A DNA stretch of 63,874 bases, filler included, from Nemertoderma westbladi (Eukaryota; Animalia; Xenacoelomorpha), in assembly GCA_032718475.1 (NCBI GenBank). It is 3 parts of 3 records of this genome, joined end to end, with 100 filler letters (N's around TTAATTAATTAA, not from the genome) between each part and the next. Parts side by side here need not be neighbours in the genome. Positions count along the whole stretch, not along the records: positions 1 to 23,483 come from JAUCBJ010001400.1; 2 more parts are not named here. The stretch is one strand, 5' to 3'. Both the position numbers and the translations under genes were made by a program. Every line of letters starts with the position of its first letter. Position 1 is the first letter of the stretch. The notes under the pieces are model-generated. The model was not told where the DNA came from. It did not search any database and was given only the letters and a program-made list of their open reading frames with translations. This document shows positions 1 through 12,919 of the stretch, in pieces.

Positions 1-1177
1 CTAACAAAAATCAGGGAAGTTGAACTATTGTACCAGGCCAGCCACTGCAGTAAGCGTTGTATTTGTTTTAAAATAGGGGAGATTAACCGCATTACAGTAA
101 TTTAGTTGCTTGGCGTTTATTTTGGGGCCCAAAAAAGGGGCACAGTTGACTTTGTTACCCTTTGCATTTACTACCAGGTGTCAAGTTATGAGGTCAATTG
201 TGACTGATAACAGGGCAGCAGGGGTAAGTGGTGAAGTGTAGGCGCCTAGCTAAAAATTGTGCGGTGTGATTAGGCTAAGCCAAATAAGGGAGGTTCGGGA
301 GGTGCGTCCTGATTGTTACTACAGGATTAGCGCCCTAGTTTGTGAGCTTCTTTGTGAGGGTTCATTGGGTTTTATTTTGCTTTATTCATTCATGCCCTGA
401 TGGTTTGTTGTGGGATTAGCTTGGCGTTGAGAAATTAATATATATACCAAGTTTCGGCTTACTATCGTTACCTACGGTCTTGGGAGGTGAACGAAAATAA
501 GTTTTTATCATCACGGTACCGTATTTTATTTTCTCATCTCATTTTAACCCATTTCACAATTCCTACAGGTACATTTGTATAGCGAAGCCAAGGTTTACCC
601 TTTTTCCCTTACCTGCTGCTTGAGGAACAACGATACTTGCGTCAAACAAAAGCCAAAGGGTGATAAACATTATTTTGATCTATCTATGCCAAAACCCCCT
701 TACTAGAAACATACATTTTTACATTGCAAAACTATAAAACGATTTCATTCTAGAATATTTTCGGATAAAATTATGTAATATTGTTTTGGACCTCGCCACT
801 ATTTGAATAAAACTGCAGATCGGATCGAGTCGGGATTCCAACTGGATTACTGGGTTGTTGTAAAATAAATTATTTAACCGAGTGGGTATCTCGCATTATT
901 GCCAGAAAGTTGTAGAAAATTATCAAATTAAAATATTTAGATTTCCCTTTGTAGCGGGTGTTTTCTGCAATCATTACCGGTATGGATTTTAGCAGGGTTA
1001 TATGTGCTATTTGAGCACAAATAACTAGCTGCATTTGGATTTTCAACAGTATCGGATTAGCTGCTGTTGGATTTATCAAGTCCATTGGTACCATTATTCT
1101 TCTCTATGGGTTGGAATGATTGAGGGGCATTGTCAGAAACACTGATTTCAGCTGTACGATCGCCACATGGGGCCAAG

Positions 1178-3214
1178 TCACAGAGCAATACAGTGAGTGG
1201 TCTCTCGACCACTAGTGAGACGAATGTGTGCGTATGTTGGATTTGCATCTAGGAGCTCCACATCGTCCAACATTGGGTTGTACTCACTATATCTAACATG
1301 ATGTCGGAGTAGAACAGGCCCTGGAGAACTCAGCCATGTTGGTAGCACCGTTCCACAGCCAGACTTACGTTGGTAATTAAATAAATGCTCATGTGGAGTT
1401 TCATTGATAGCTGTACACAACAAACTACGTATTATATCGGGTAGAACAGTTTCCCAGTGCGATATAGGGAGATTCTTAGACTTTAGTGCCAGATTTATTG
1501 CTTTCCAAACTACACCATTGTAATGTTTACATTGTCCAATACCACGCGGATTATATGGTGTTGTACGACTAGTAGCTATACCTCGCTGATGGAGAAATTG
1601 TACTATCTCTTGAGATAGGAAAGAAGATCCATAATCTGAATGAATATAATTAGGCATCCCAAAAATCGAGAATAATTGTGTGAAACATTTTATTACTGTT
1701 GTCGATGAGACATCAGAGCATGGGTAAACAAAGGATATTCGTCAACTATATTGAGGAAATAGTTATTCTTAGAGTTAGTAGGGAGAGGACCCTTGAAATC
1801 AACACTAAGTCTTTCATATGGTTGGAGAGCCTTGATTAACTGAGTGGGACATTGTGGATTATAAAACTGTGGTTTTAACTCAGCACAAATAGCACAAAAC
1901 AACATTTTATCATCTCTTTTACTTCTCCCACTGAATATGAAAGGTTCTTGCTCCATATGAAATGACACATCCGTGTTATTCCAGGATGACAAAAAGCTTG
2001 GTGTATTTCGTTTAATTTATCTAATGATGTAGAAAAGCAGTATGCTCTAGTAAGTGTGTCTGGAACAACATTTTCATTACCAGGTCTGTAAACAACCGTA
2101 TAACAAAATGAAGAAAGCTCTAAGCGCCAACGTAGAATTTTGTCACTTAATCTTTCCAGCTTCTTTGTTATCGAACATGAATGAAACTGAGCGTTGATCA
2201 GTTATAAGAGTAAAGTGACGGCCCAGCAACAAGTATTTCCATTTGCGTAGTGCCTCTACAATGGCGTAAGCTTCTTTTTCTACTGCAGCATGATTTATTT
2301 CACTACCAGATAGTGTTTTGGAATGAAATGCGACTGGTCTACCCCCTTGGTTTAATTTTGCAGAAATTGCAAAGTCTAATGCATCTGTCTCAACAACAAA
2401 AGGAATAGACTCATCAATTGTTTGAAGCATAGCATCTGCTAGTGTCTCTTTCAGATATTGAAATGATTCTACAGCTTCTGCTGATAAAGGTAAATGGGTA
2501 GTTTTTTATCAAGGGGCAAATTTTGTCAAAATAATGTGAGATCCATTGAGCATAATATGCAAACAAACCTATTATACGACGTAGGGCTGGTAATGTTTGA
2601 GGAATAGGAAGGTCCATCGACGCTTTGACACGCTCTGGGTTTGGTTTAATTCTACCATAAGATACTGTATATCCAAGTAAGTCAACAGATGATATATTGT
2701 ATGTACATTTGCTATCATTAAATGTAAGATTGGCCTTAGCTGCTGTTTCTTTAAATAAAGCCAGATTTCTATCATGCTCCTCTTGGGTTGCACCACAAAC
2801 TGTAATGTTATCTAAGTACGCAAATGTTGCCTCAAGGTGATTATTATCAATAATTTCATCAATCTTACGTTGGAACTCAGGTACAGCATTGGTTAATCCA
2901 AATGTTATTCTAGTAAACTGGTACAATTTACCCCCGGACTCAAAAGCAGTATATTCTCTATCCTCTACAGGAAGTTCTATTTGGTGGTATGCACTTTTTA
3001 AATCTAGAGTGCTGTATAAACGATACTTAGCAACATTATTAACAACTGTATCCATACGTGGGAGTGGATAGGCATCTAATTCAGTAAATCTATTAATGGT
3101 CTGACTGTAATCAATACACATCCTGGGCTTATGGGTTTCATCTCTACTAACAAGTGTTTGTGCGCGCCATGGTGATTTACTTGGTTCTATTATGCCATCT
3201 TCTAGGAGTTTCAT
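1178..3214 (-). pseudogene. Gypsy RT-RNase H-integrase (frameshifted)
   Basis: RT: RMCIDY, LDLKSAYHQI, YLDN (YxDD mutated). RH: VETDALDFAI, EKEAYAIV, TDQRS. IN: VDFKGPL, HSDYGSSF, TTPYNPRG. Confidence 0.92.
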
Positions 3215-4558
3215 AGTTTCACTCTGTATAAACTTGCTGTCTGCCTCACTGTAGTGGCGGGATTTTGAGCTATAGGTCGACAGTTTGGACTAAGATGGGA
3301 AAACAATCTTAGTGGTTTTGTGTTCATTGTTCCCAGGGAACATACTTGTAGAGTAGGTTTAGGACCACCAAGGTTTAAAACAATTGATTTGTGCTGTCTC
3401 AAAAAATCAACACCCAAAATAACCTGACAGACAAGATTATTCAAAATATATAGCTTGGTGTCTATGTATTGGTTCCCAAAAACAGATAGATTAACAATAC
3501 AATAACCACATACCTCTACTTTACATGAAGTGGATGCCATATCTACCACACCTATGGTAGGTAGAAACTTCAGAGAATGCGATGAAGCGAATGATTTACT
3601 GACATAACCTTGATCTGAACCACTGTCGATCAATGCTCGAGCATGTTTTCCATTAACATAGACTTCTGTAATAAATCGCGAATTCGACGAGATTGATGAA
3701 ATAGATAGAGCCGCCAATGTGGGCTCGTCCTCATGTAGGATTGCAGAAGCAGAGGTAGACTGAGGACCGCGCTGATGCATTGAATTGCAAACTTTTGCAA
3801 AATGTCCACGTTTTCCACATTTATTACAATTGTAATTTGCAGCAGGGCAGTGGATTCTCGGGTGACGCTGATTGCCGCAGAAGAAACACTTGCCAGTACT
3901 GGAGCGGACTGCAGCAGTCGATGTTGTCTGTTGGTCGATACGAGGAGGAATGTCTGGGCTTGGGTTTGGAATATAAACATTGCGTTCACTGACACGACGC
4001 CGCACTGCTGTTGAATTTAAACTTATACCACTCACGACGTCTAGAGACTGATAACTGTCGGAACTCCTCTGTGCGATATCCAATGCCCTAGCTTGATCCT
4101 ATGCTGTTTGTAAATCTAACATTTAATTTTCTAGCAGACGTTGACGAATAACGTTCGATTTTAAACCATTAATAAATGCATAATGCACTGCCTCTTCTCG
4201 GTATTGTTCTGCAGTTACTGCTTTATAATTACAATCTTTACTTAGTTCCTTTAGAACTTGAAGAAACTCATCCAATGACTCACTCGGTTGTTGTTTACGC
4301 ATATTTAGTGTATGACAGGCAAACACCTCATTCTTAGGTTTAATATATAAATTTGAAAGTAAATTGACAGCCGAGTCGTAGTTGCCGCATTCAGCAATAT
4401 ATTCATAAACTGTAGGTGCCAGATAATTGATTAGCCTGTCTAACTTATTCGGCCCATGTCATTCCATAGCCATTAAGAAATTCTGAAACTTCTTTGGCTG
4501 CTGTAGTTGTGTTTGGATTTATATCGAATTTTTCGGGGCAGAAAAACTTATCCATCAT
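3211..4558 (-). pseudogene. Gypsy gag-protease (frameshifted, stops)
   Basis: RKQQPSESLDEF gag motif, two CCHC knuckles (CFFCGNQRHPRIHC, CNKCGKRGHFAKVC), protease ALIDSGS and ILGVDFL. Confidence 0.9.
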
Positions 4559-4580
4559 CAGATAATTAAGCTAATTAAAT

Positions 4581-4807
4581 TGTTGTAAGCCAGAGTCAGT
4601 GATAAATAATGAATAGATTAATGCTTCAGTACTATCGGCTTTAATTAGCTTAATTACACTCACTATATAATATAATACATTATAACGGTATACAGTTAGT
4701 ATTAGACCTACAACAGTACTACACCTACAACAGTATAAGACTACCGGTACTACACCTACAACAGTACTACAACACAGTATTGATATCAACCAAGTATATT
4801 CATAACA
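4581..4807 (-). repeat. 5' LTR of the Gypsy element (227 bp)
   Basis: TGTT...AACA termini, TATA-rich stretch, internal CAGTACTACACCTACAA repeats, ends about 25 nt before the gag ATG. No second LTR to confirm. Confidence 0.7.
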
Positions 4808-4817
4808 CTGTGCATTA

Positions 4818-4946
4818 TAGATAGATAGATTTATTTATACATTATGTAAAAACAATAACAAATACACCAAACAATGTACCGGTATAAAGGTATTGTCCAA
4901 CATAACATATAGGATTACCCCTAAAGCTTTGCAGCTTATTTCCAAG
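4818..4946 (-). mobile_element. 5'-truncated 3' tail of the CR1-group LINE family
   Basis: Near-identical to about 7910-8027 and 56527-56652; ends in (TCTA)n. Confidence 0.9.
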
Positions 4947-5659
4947 CTGTGATGTAACATTGTAATCAATACAGCTGTAATCTAAAAGCTGTTGTATTTA
5001 ATTAAAATCGTTATTGACCAATAATGATTTTACATTTTAGGGGTAGCAATTCAGCAGATATTTTGACAATTTATGGGTAGATTTTGTTGATCAAATGGCG
5101 TTAAAAAGAACAAAATGCAGATAAATTTCTGGAAAATATCGTGTTGCAACGTCCGGAGTGGTGCTCGTTCCGAAACACTAAAAAACGTTAAGGAAAGTTG
5201 TGACGTGTCGATTTTCTATAGCTGTACAAACAGACAAACAAACTGAGCATTTTTATATATGTAGGATTATGATTAAAAATTGACAATATTTAAAGTGATA
5301 GTGAGTCACGAAAGAAACTGATATCACATTTCTCTCCCGTCGATTGTGTCTGTGAACAATCTTACTAATAAAATCCTGCTAATAATGAAAGATATGATCC
5401 AGGATAATTGGAAATTAAATTAATTAATTGTCAGCGACATTGAGCTGAGCTGAGGATACATTGGGCTCCCTCTAGTGATTTAGCTGCAAATTCTAGATCC
5501 AAGCTGAATTTACTCGACATATGGGCCCTACAGGAGTCGTTAGCATCACACCATCTTCAATGTTAAGGTCTACCACTGGACATGCGTAGGGGAATTGTTC
5601 CATATCCGGTTGATAATTTACATATAAATTAAAGAGTGGGGACGGGATCTATCTATTAA

Positions 5660-7260
5660 GGCCACAGTACACCCCCCCCCCCCCCCTTGTCAAAATTTCC
5701 TAATATTTTTTTCTAATCGAATTTAGTGCAGAATTTTATGGTGAATCTAAATATGTAAAAAATATTTTCTGAATGTTTTTACTTCTCGCAATATACTGTA
5801 TGTGTACAAAGATAATGACATTGTGCGATATTGGTATAAGTAAATAAACATATGGAACATATTTGTGAACATTTTATACAAACAGTATTTGTTGCCTAGC
5901 CACATTTATAGTCTTTGTCAATTTGAACACTTAGAGGGAAATTTAAATTAGCAATTTGGTGTAGTGCATGTCTGCATGTTGGTTACTGAAGGAGGCTATT
6001 TGATACCATTATTACTGTATTCCATAATTGTATTCCTTCATATTTTATACTGCTTATTTTACGATTTGCAAATACTGAAATAATCGTAGATCAAAACGCT
6101 ACTCCCAAATTGTCAATATTACTCAAAAGCGCAGTGCTAGTGGTTCCTATTTACCCAAGAAGAGAACAAAAACTGTCACAGAAAGTAAGTTACTAGGTCG
6201 GAGTGATATTGCTGATTGTGACGGGTCGAGTGGCGATGAGAATAGGCCTAACCTTACAGGTACCAATACCAGTATTGCCGGTAACAGTGATACGTGCAAT
6301 AGCTCTGAGTCTACTTCAAATCTTGAAGTTGCTGCTATGGGTCCATTTGGATTCATACTTTTGAAGGTAAAAAATGTAGTTGAACATACTAAAGCTGTTC
6401 ATGTCATATCAGGGTGTACAGGGAATATAATTGTTGAGCGGTTGAAGCCTATTGGGATTCAGACAAACTATTCATTTTTACCTGTAACTTATGTGCATTG
6501 GATGTATATATATTGGCAATTCTGTAATGCCTGACATTGTGAATAGGAAACCTTATGACAATGAAGCGGTTGATTTGAATGATAAACTATCCTATGCTAT
6601 GATGGAAATGGGACAAGGTTTGGAAGGATTATTTACATTGACTGAGATACTGAACATGCCCAATTCAACTTCAAAATCAGCACATCAAGGTCGCCAAACA
6701 AAACTGTTTACAGTTTGTAAAGAGGTTATTCAAGTTGAACTCGTAAAGGCTGGGCAACAACTCTCTGAAGGTAAGACTAATATTTCAACACCGATTTCAT
6801 ATGATGGTACCTGGTCTAAACGGGGATTTACCACAAATTTCGGTTGTGGGTTCGCCATTTCCATGGTTACTGGTAAAGTACTGGACTATGGCATTCGTTC
6901 AAAGCTATGTGAATCATGTACCTTTTGTCCATTTGCAAAAAATAGCCCAGAGTATGCAGAATGGTCAGAGAAGCATAGTGCTGATTGTAAAGGTATATTT
7001 TAAAGGTCAAGTGGAAGCATTGAGGCAGATATAGCAGTAGAAATTCTTACACGATCAAAGAATAATCTTGCGAATAAAGAGTATGGTTTGCGGTTTAGTC
7101 AAATGATTTGTGATGGTGACAGTAAGTCATTTGATAAAGTCTGGGACACATGGTGTTTGTGAATCATGTTCAAATTATCATGGTATGAATTCTGCGAAAA
7201 GAAACGAGTTTGACTTGAGTGAGGAAGGTCGAGTATTTAGTACTGTAGTATGTGGTGTTT
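5660..7260 (+). mobile_element. Mutator-like-domain (possibly Kolobok-type) DNA transposon relic
   Basis: ISYDGTWSKRGF, GKVLDY, SKLCESC (ORF 6491-7003) and CDGDSKSF near 7110; candidate terminus after TTAA at 5656-5659. Superfamily uncertain. Confidence 0.7.
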
Positions 7261-7902
7261 TTCCTAAACATTGCAAAACCCATCATAATCTGTGTGTGCA
7301 ATGGTTGCAGGAGGAAATGGAAATGGGTTTTATCATCAATATACACATAGTGGCAGAAGCGTTCTAATCTAGTTAGTTAGTAGCATCTGGAAGGAAGTAA
7401 GTACCAATAGCTAGTTCCTGAGAAATTAATGTGACAAAACATTATGTTGAGAAAATGTCTACAAACCAATATGTTATGTAGAATAATATGACTGCAGACC
7501 ATCAACAGGCTGCGCTGCGTCTTTGTTGGGATAGTTATCCCTTGGCAGTTCTCCACCAGTCTACCGCTAGTGGGCTGAAATGAAAACATTTGAGAAATAT
7601 CTGAAATGAAAACCTTCAGCCCTTTCGTATTATTGTTTATAATCCTCTCTTTCTGGTTGATACCTGGCACATATATTCTAGACCTCTGACTGCGTTTTTG
7701 TGAGGCTTTAAATCGACTGCAGTTACCCCGTCTGCCTCCAATGTATACTGTAGGTGATAAAGTGATTAGGGGACATCTGCTTATAATTTGCTTATAATTC
7801 TTTCGAGTTGACACTGAACATAAGACAGTTTATGTGATGTGCTGCGCATGCCTCATTTCGTGTTCTCTTATGATGTATGTTATAATGTACTACAAAACAA
7901 TT

Positions 7903-10900
7903 AGATAGATAGATAGATAGATTTATTTATACATTATGTAAAAACAATAACAAATACACAAAACAATGTCCCGGTATAAAGGTATTGTCCAACATAACAT
8001 ATAGGATTACCCCTAAAGCTTTCCAAGGGGGTCCTTTATGTTACTTGGTTACAAATACAATATTACACTACGCTAACCTAAAACCAATATAAAACGTAAT
8101 TACACTATGTACATGTACAACTTTACCGAGAGCGTGACAATGTCCGACTCAACGATAAAGATGTAATGTACAGAACAATTTATTATAAAACGTAATTACA
8201 ATATAAATAGTAAATAATTAATAAACTAATAACTTACTGTAGGACTATTGTACCTATTTTTACATTGCACACGGAGGTGAGATTTAACTGCAGATTTAAA
8301 AGAATGTTGATTATTTAGGTTTTTAATTTCATTAGGCAGAGCGTTCCAATTTTTAATACCGTTAAAAAAGAAAGTATCAGATTCAAAGGATTTACTATTC
8401 GGGAGGTAGAAGTTTGAAGCACTAGCTCTAGTACTGTAAGAGTGTGTATCGCGTACTCTGTTGAATTTTTGTTTTAGGTAATTGGGACATTTACCATTAT
8501 ACACTTTATGCACATGGTTAAGGCGTAGGTGCTTAACTCTTCTATCTAAGTTAAGTAGTCCAGATTCAGAAAAGTCATCTGGAGTTAGGTGGTGCCTAGG
8601 TTTGTAGTCTTTAATAAATCGTACTACTTTATTCTGAGCTACTTGTAATTTACATTTAAGCTGTTTGGTTAAGCCTTCATACTAAGAAGAGCACGCATAG
8701 TCCATGTGACACTGTATTAAAGAAGAGCAAAGTAACTTGCGGGAGTCGGTGTTCAAACTATTTTTAGTTCTGTATAGAAACCTTTCTCCTGATAAGCAGT
8801 TATCCAATGTGGCGCCTAAATATTTAACTTCCTTTTTATTTTCAATCTTATGTCCATTACTAGTGACTTCAAACTTAGTTACCTTCTTTAACTTTCTTTT
8901 GGAACCAAACAAAATACTTTGAGTCTTACCGTAGTGAATGGATAGCTTATTATCAACCAACCACTCATTACAGGATTCTAGAACTGCACTTAACTTTTGG
9001 GAAATATGGATAGGATCTTTATGAGAGAAAATAAGAGCACTGTCGTCGGCATATAAAATGAGTTTAAAATCGGGATCTATACTACTTATCATATCATTTA
9101 CATAGCATACAAAAAGCAGAGGACCTAATATACTACCTTGCGGTACACCACAGGTAATCTCTTGTACAGTAGTCTGCGATTTGCTAATGACTACAGTTTG
9201 ACCTCTGTCTGACAGGTAGGACTTGAACCAGTCTATAGAACCTACACCCATCAGGCCTAACTTTCCAAGCAGAATTTCGTGATCTACAGTATCGAAAGCC
9301 TTTTGTAGGTCCAACATTACCATACCAGTATATAAACCCTTTGCGTTATTACATCTAATTGTATCAGTTAAGTTAATAAGGCAGGTGTCTGTAGAATATG
9401 ATTTACGAAAACCGGACTGAAGTTCATAGATCAGATTTAGCCTACTAAGATGTGCTTCCAGCTGTAGAAAAACAGAACGTTCTAGAATTTTATATACAAT
9501 ACTTAAGATACTAACAGGTCTGTAATTACAGGGTTCTACTTTACTATTCTTTTTATACAGAGGAACAACCTTAGCTAATTTCAGTTCGTCTGGTACTATA
9601 GTATCTACGATAGAGTAATTAATAATAAAAGTAATGGGCTTCAGCCCATTACTGTACTTTAAGTACTTCAGCAACATCCTTAAGAAAACGGGCAGGTATT
9701 AGGTCTAGACCGGTACTTTTTGAGGCTGATAGGCTAAGTAGATTTTGAAAAACGAAATCCACAAAAAAGGGTTTTAAAAATAACTTTTCTGAATTTTGTA
9801 ACTTTTCTAAATAAAAATTATTTAGAGTTTCGGACCCTATACTATATTTATTACTTGATAACGGTAACTTCTTAACTAAATTAGAGGCAACATTAGTAAA
9901 ATAATTATTAAATAAATTACTAACTAGAGTAAGATCATGAATCAGCTCACCGTTATCTTGCAGAACAATATTCGATTTAGATTTAAGGTTTTTATAACCT
10001 AAAGATTTTAGGGTAGACCATTGACTTTTAGGATTATCTTTATTCTCACTTATTTTGTTGTACAAATATTCAGATTTCGCTTTTTTTATTTCCCGTTGGA
10101 CAAGGTTTCTATATTTGCAGTAATTATTATAATCAGCTAAAACACGGTATTTCCTAAATTTATACAAATAGTTATCTCTTTCTCTGATATTACTAAGAAC
10201 ACCCGAGGTCATCCAGGGCTCAGTGCGTTATTTAAGACTAATTTCTTTAATTGGTGCTACAGTATTAAGTGCCTTTAAAAATATATCTTTAAAAACAGTG
10301 TCGCAAGGTTAATGTCAGCGGCCTTAAAACAGGGTTCCCAGTCAGAATTTACTAACAAACTTAAAAAGCGTTCCTTGCTGTAATTTTTCATAGACCTAAC
10401 TGTTACTGTTTTATGATCCCCGAAAAAAGATTTTTGTGTCTTTCTTGTGCAAAAAACTATAAAATGATCGCTTAGACCTATAGGTAAAACCCCAGATTGA
10501 GAAATAATATCAGTATTATTACACAGGATGTGATCTAGTAAAGTAGAAGTTTTACTGGTAATTCTGGTAGAATCTCGAATAATTTGTTTTAAACCAAACA
10601 AATTTAAAATACTTTGGTACTGTTTACAAATGGGGGATGCTTTGTGATGGTAACAGATATTAAAATCACCTAAGAAATATATTTCACAGTCTGACCTAAG
10701 ATTACATAAAATTGTATTTTCAAAATTTTGCAAAAAATCTGATTGTTTAGGGGGCCAATATAAAGTACCGATTAAAATAGGTTTAGTTTTAGGAAGTAAA
10801 AGTTCCACCAGTAAAACTTCGTCACAAGTCTCTAAATCTACCCTACGATTAAAAGCTAAATCACATCGAATGTAAGTACAGACACCACCACCGTGTGTGT

Positions 10901-11755
10901 CCCTATCCTTATGTAAAACTACGTAATTATCAATATAAATTTCTCCATCAGAAACGCTATCATCGAGCCAAGTTTCAGAGATTGTTAAAACTGCTGGGTT
11001 GGATTTATTGATTAAAATACGAATTTCGGGAAGTTTGGGAAGCAGTGATCGTGCATTTAAATGCAAAAAATGCAGACCTTTTTTCTTAAAAAATTTAAAA
11101 GTTTCACTCTCAGCATCACTTGGAGTTTGCAGAGGCGATGTGAGGAATGAATCATCGGTTTCTGATTCTAAAATAGTATCATGAAAGGGAAGTTCGGTAA
11201 AAATACAGCTATTGCAGAGAAAACTTGGCTCAAGATTGTTTCTGGTGGAGAATAAATTACTGATTTTCCTACGGTATCATTTTAAATGTACAAATGTGTC
11301 ACAACTCTCGCATTTGACGATCTTACTCCGAGAGTATGTTCCTCGTTGACAGACGGGACAGTTGATCTTCGGGGCCCGCGTCCTGCTGGGTCCTGGGTTG
11401 GTCTCGATATCCCTAGCCAGAGACAGAAGACAGAATTTGGCGATTAGGCCTCTAGTTCGTGGAGAGGGGACCCAAGATCTTCTTCCCCGATGAGAGCAGT
11501 AGAGGCTAAATCCACTCGTCGACCACATCTCTGTCGATTCGGCACGGCAGTTCAAAACGGTAGCGACAGGGAGTTTGGCAAACCAGTCCAATACGGGTAC
11601 TGGGTGGGTTGCAGGGTTACCCCGCGGATCGGATGGTTCTGCCACAACAATTCTTTGTTAATTAATACTAAAAGCATTAAGAGTAGAAATAAATTCAGAA
11701 AAAAGCCAAGGGAATGGGGGTGATATGGTTAGGTATTAATTAAATCAGTCATCAT
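7903..11755 (-). mobile_element. CR1-group LINE with 2A-like peptide, PHD finger, APE and RT; decayed
   Basis: APE (HLNARSL, ISETWL, LGDFN, LLDHI, SDH) 10275-11066; RT ([25 protein letters not shown]) 8682-9677; WNALP C-terminus; (TCTA)n tail; several frameshifts. Confidence 0.93.
11388..11411 (-). other. 2A-like StopGo motif (DIETNPGP)
   Basis: LLSLARDIETNPGP matches D(V/I)ExNPGP; followed by PHD-like CPVC..CESC...H. Confidence 0.85.
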
Positions 11756-11950
11756 GAGCAATTAGGACTTGGAGGCATGACTGTTGACAGTACGATCCTA
11801 AATATTCTAAAAATAATTGTCGTGCTCTGCACATTGATATAATAAATAAGCACTTTTTAAGAAATAAATGCAGATTGATTATTAACTAAATTAACCTTAA
11901 TACCTTATCAGTCTGCTATGTTGACTGTCTTTCAAATTACTGTATTAGAA

Positions 11951-12474
11951 TAGAGTGGTCACACACAACAGAGGGTTCCACTTAACTACTTCCTTTGGTC
12001 TTTAGTTAATCCTGAATCATTAGGCCATGTCAGCCTGTGGTGTCATATCCTGGTGTTATTATTGTGGATATTACTTACAGTAGAACCTAACGAACGATAC
12101 AGTACCAAAGTCACAGGATGCTAAAGACTCAGAACCTAATCTGTAATCATGCATTAGTTACACCATATAGCATTTTAGAATAGGCAAAACCAACAATGGA
12201 AAGCAAACTAATTAGAGCTGAAAGTTTACAAACATAGGCATAATCTTGATGATAAAATAGTTTTATTAACATCAGTATTAACAATGAGTGAGGAACAATC
12301 TTCCATTTCCCAGTTACGTCCGACGATTATGCGAAAATGTCCTATATTTGGAGACTTGACCGAAATGAAACCGAATATATTACCTTCCTACAATGATGTA
12401 ATTAAACGTTATCTTATTCATCGAAATTTAATGAAAGATATATTGAAGAGACAGCCTACCAAAAACGAAATAGC
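11951..12474 (+). mobile_element. hATm-like DNA transposon, 5' part
   Basis: ORF from ATG 12284 (LPSYNDVIK) reads NEIA then resumes as RKVATDITSIWRKASIP after the LTR insertion; candidate terminus TAGAGTGGTC at 11951. Confidence 0.7.
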
Positions 12475-12775
12475 TGTAAGTGGATTCAATTCCACTTCAT
12501 TACCCACCAGAAAATGGGATAGTGGCATTTTAGCAATATGTTGGAGATACAAGATTACCAATATTAATCTCGTATCATAACCAACATTGGGGGAGAGCAA
12601 CACAAGCCCCAAAGCCACATAGAAAGGAAGGTATGCGATAGGGAACAGGAAAGCATCCATTGGGTAGGAGGCCAAGGTAGAGTAGGAGGTGAAGCAATAT
12701 CTAGTGTATCAATCATATATCATGTCAGATTCTTGGATTGGTACATCAGTTGGTTATTCAGTTTAGTGCAGACCA
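12475..12775 (+). repeat. Partial 5' LTR (type A), internally deleted and truncated
   Basis: Matches 20919-21262 closely apart from a deletion; more distantly similar to the LTR at 20299. Confidence 0.85.
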
Positions 12776-12919
12776 GCCGCAGTAGAGACAGTGCGTCAAG
12801 TAGAGAGAGGCATAGAAGCAAATTAGGAGGTAGTGAAGTAAGAAGTGGCGAATGGGGGGGGGGCTACGGGCGCCCCACCACGAGAGATTAGTGGCGAGAG
12901 GGGGGGGGGGGGGCAGAGA

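Larger units (their letters stand above)
1010..4807 (-). mobile_element. Ty3/Gypsy LTR retrotransposon, decayed, 3' LTR missing
   Basis: Gag-PR-RT-RH-IN order on the - strand in frameshifted ORFs; one short LTR upstream; left end approximate. Confidence 0.93.

Noticed and set aside
4520-4561. CTGATGA...GAAA on the - strand as a hammerhead ribozyme core
   Set aside because: No supporting stems; it overlaps the gag start codons.
5130-5272. Helitron/DINE-like non-autonomous fragment (similar motif near 25670-25700)
   Set aside because: Only an ACAG-type microsatellite and an AT-rich end; boundaries not supportable.
7270-7860. 145-aa - strand ORF, possible piggyBac-like remnant
   Set aside because: No diagnostic motif could be read with confidence.
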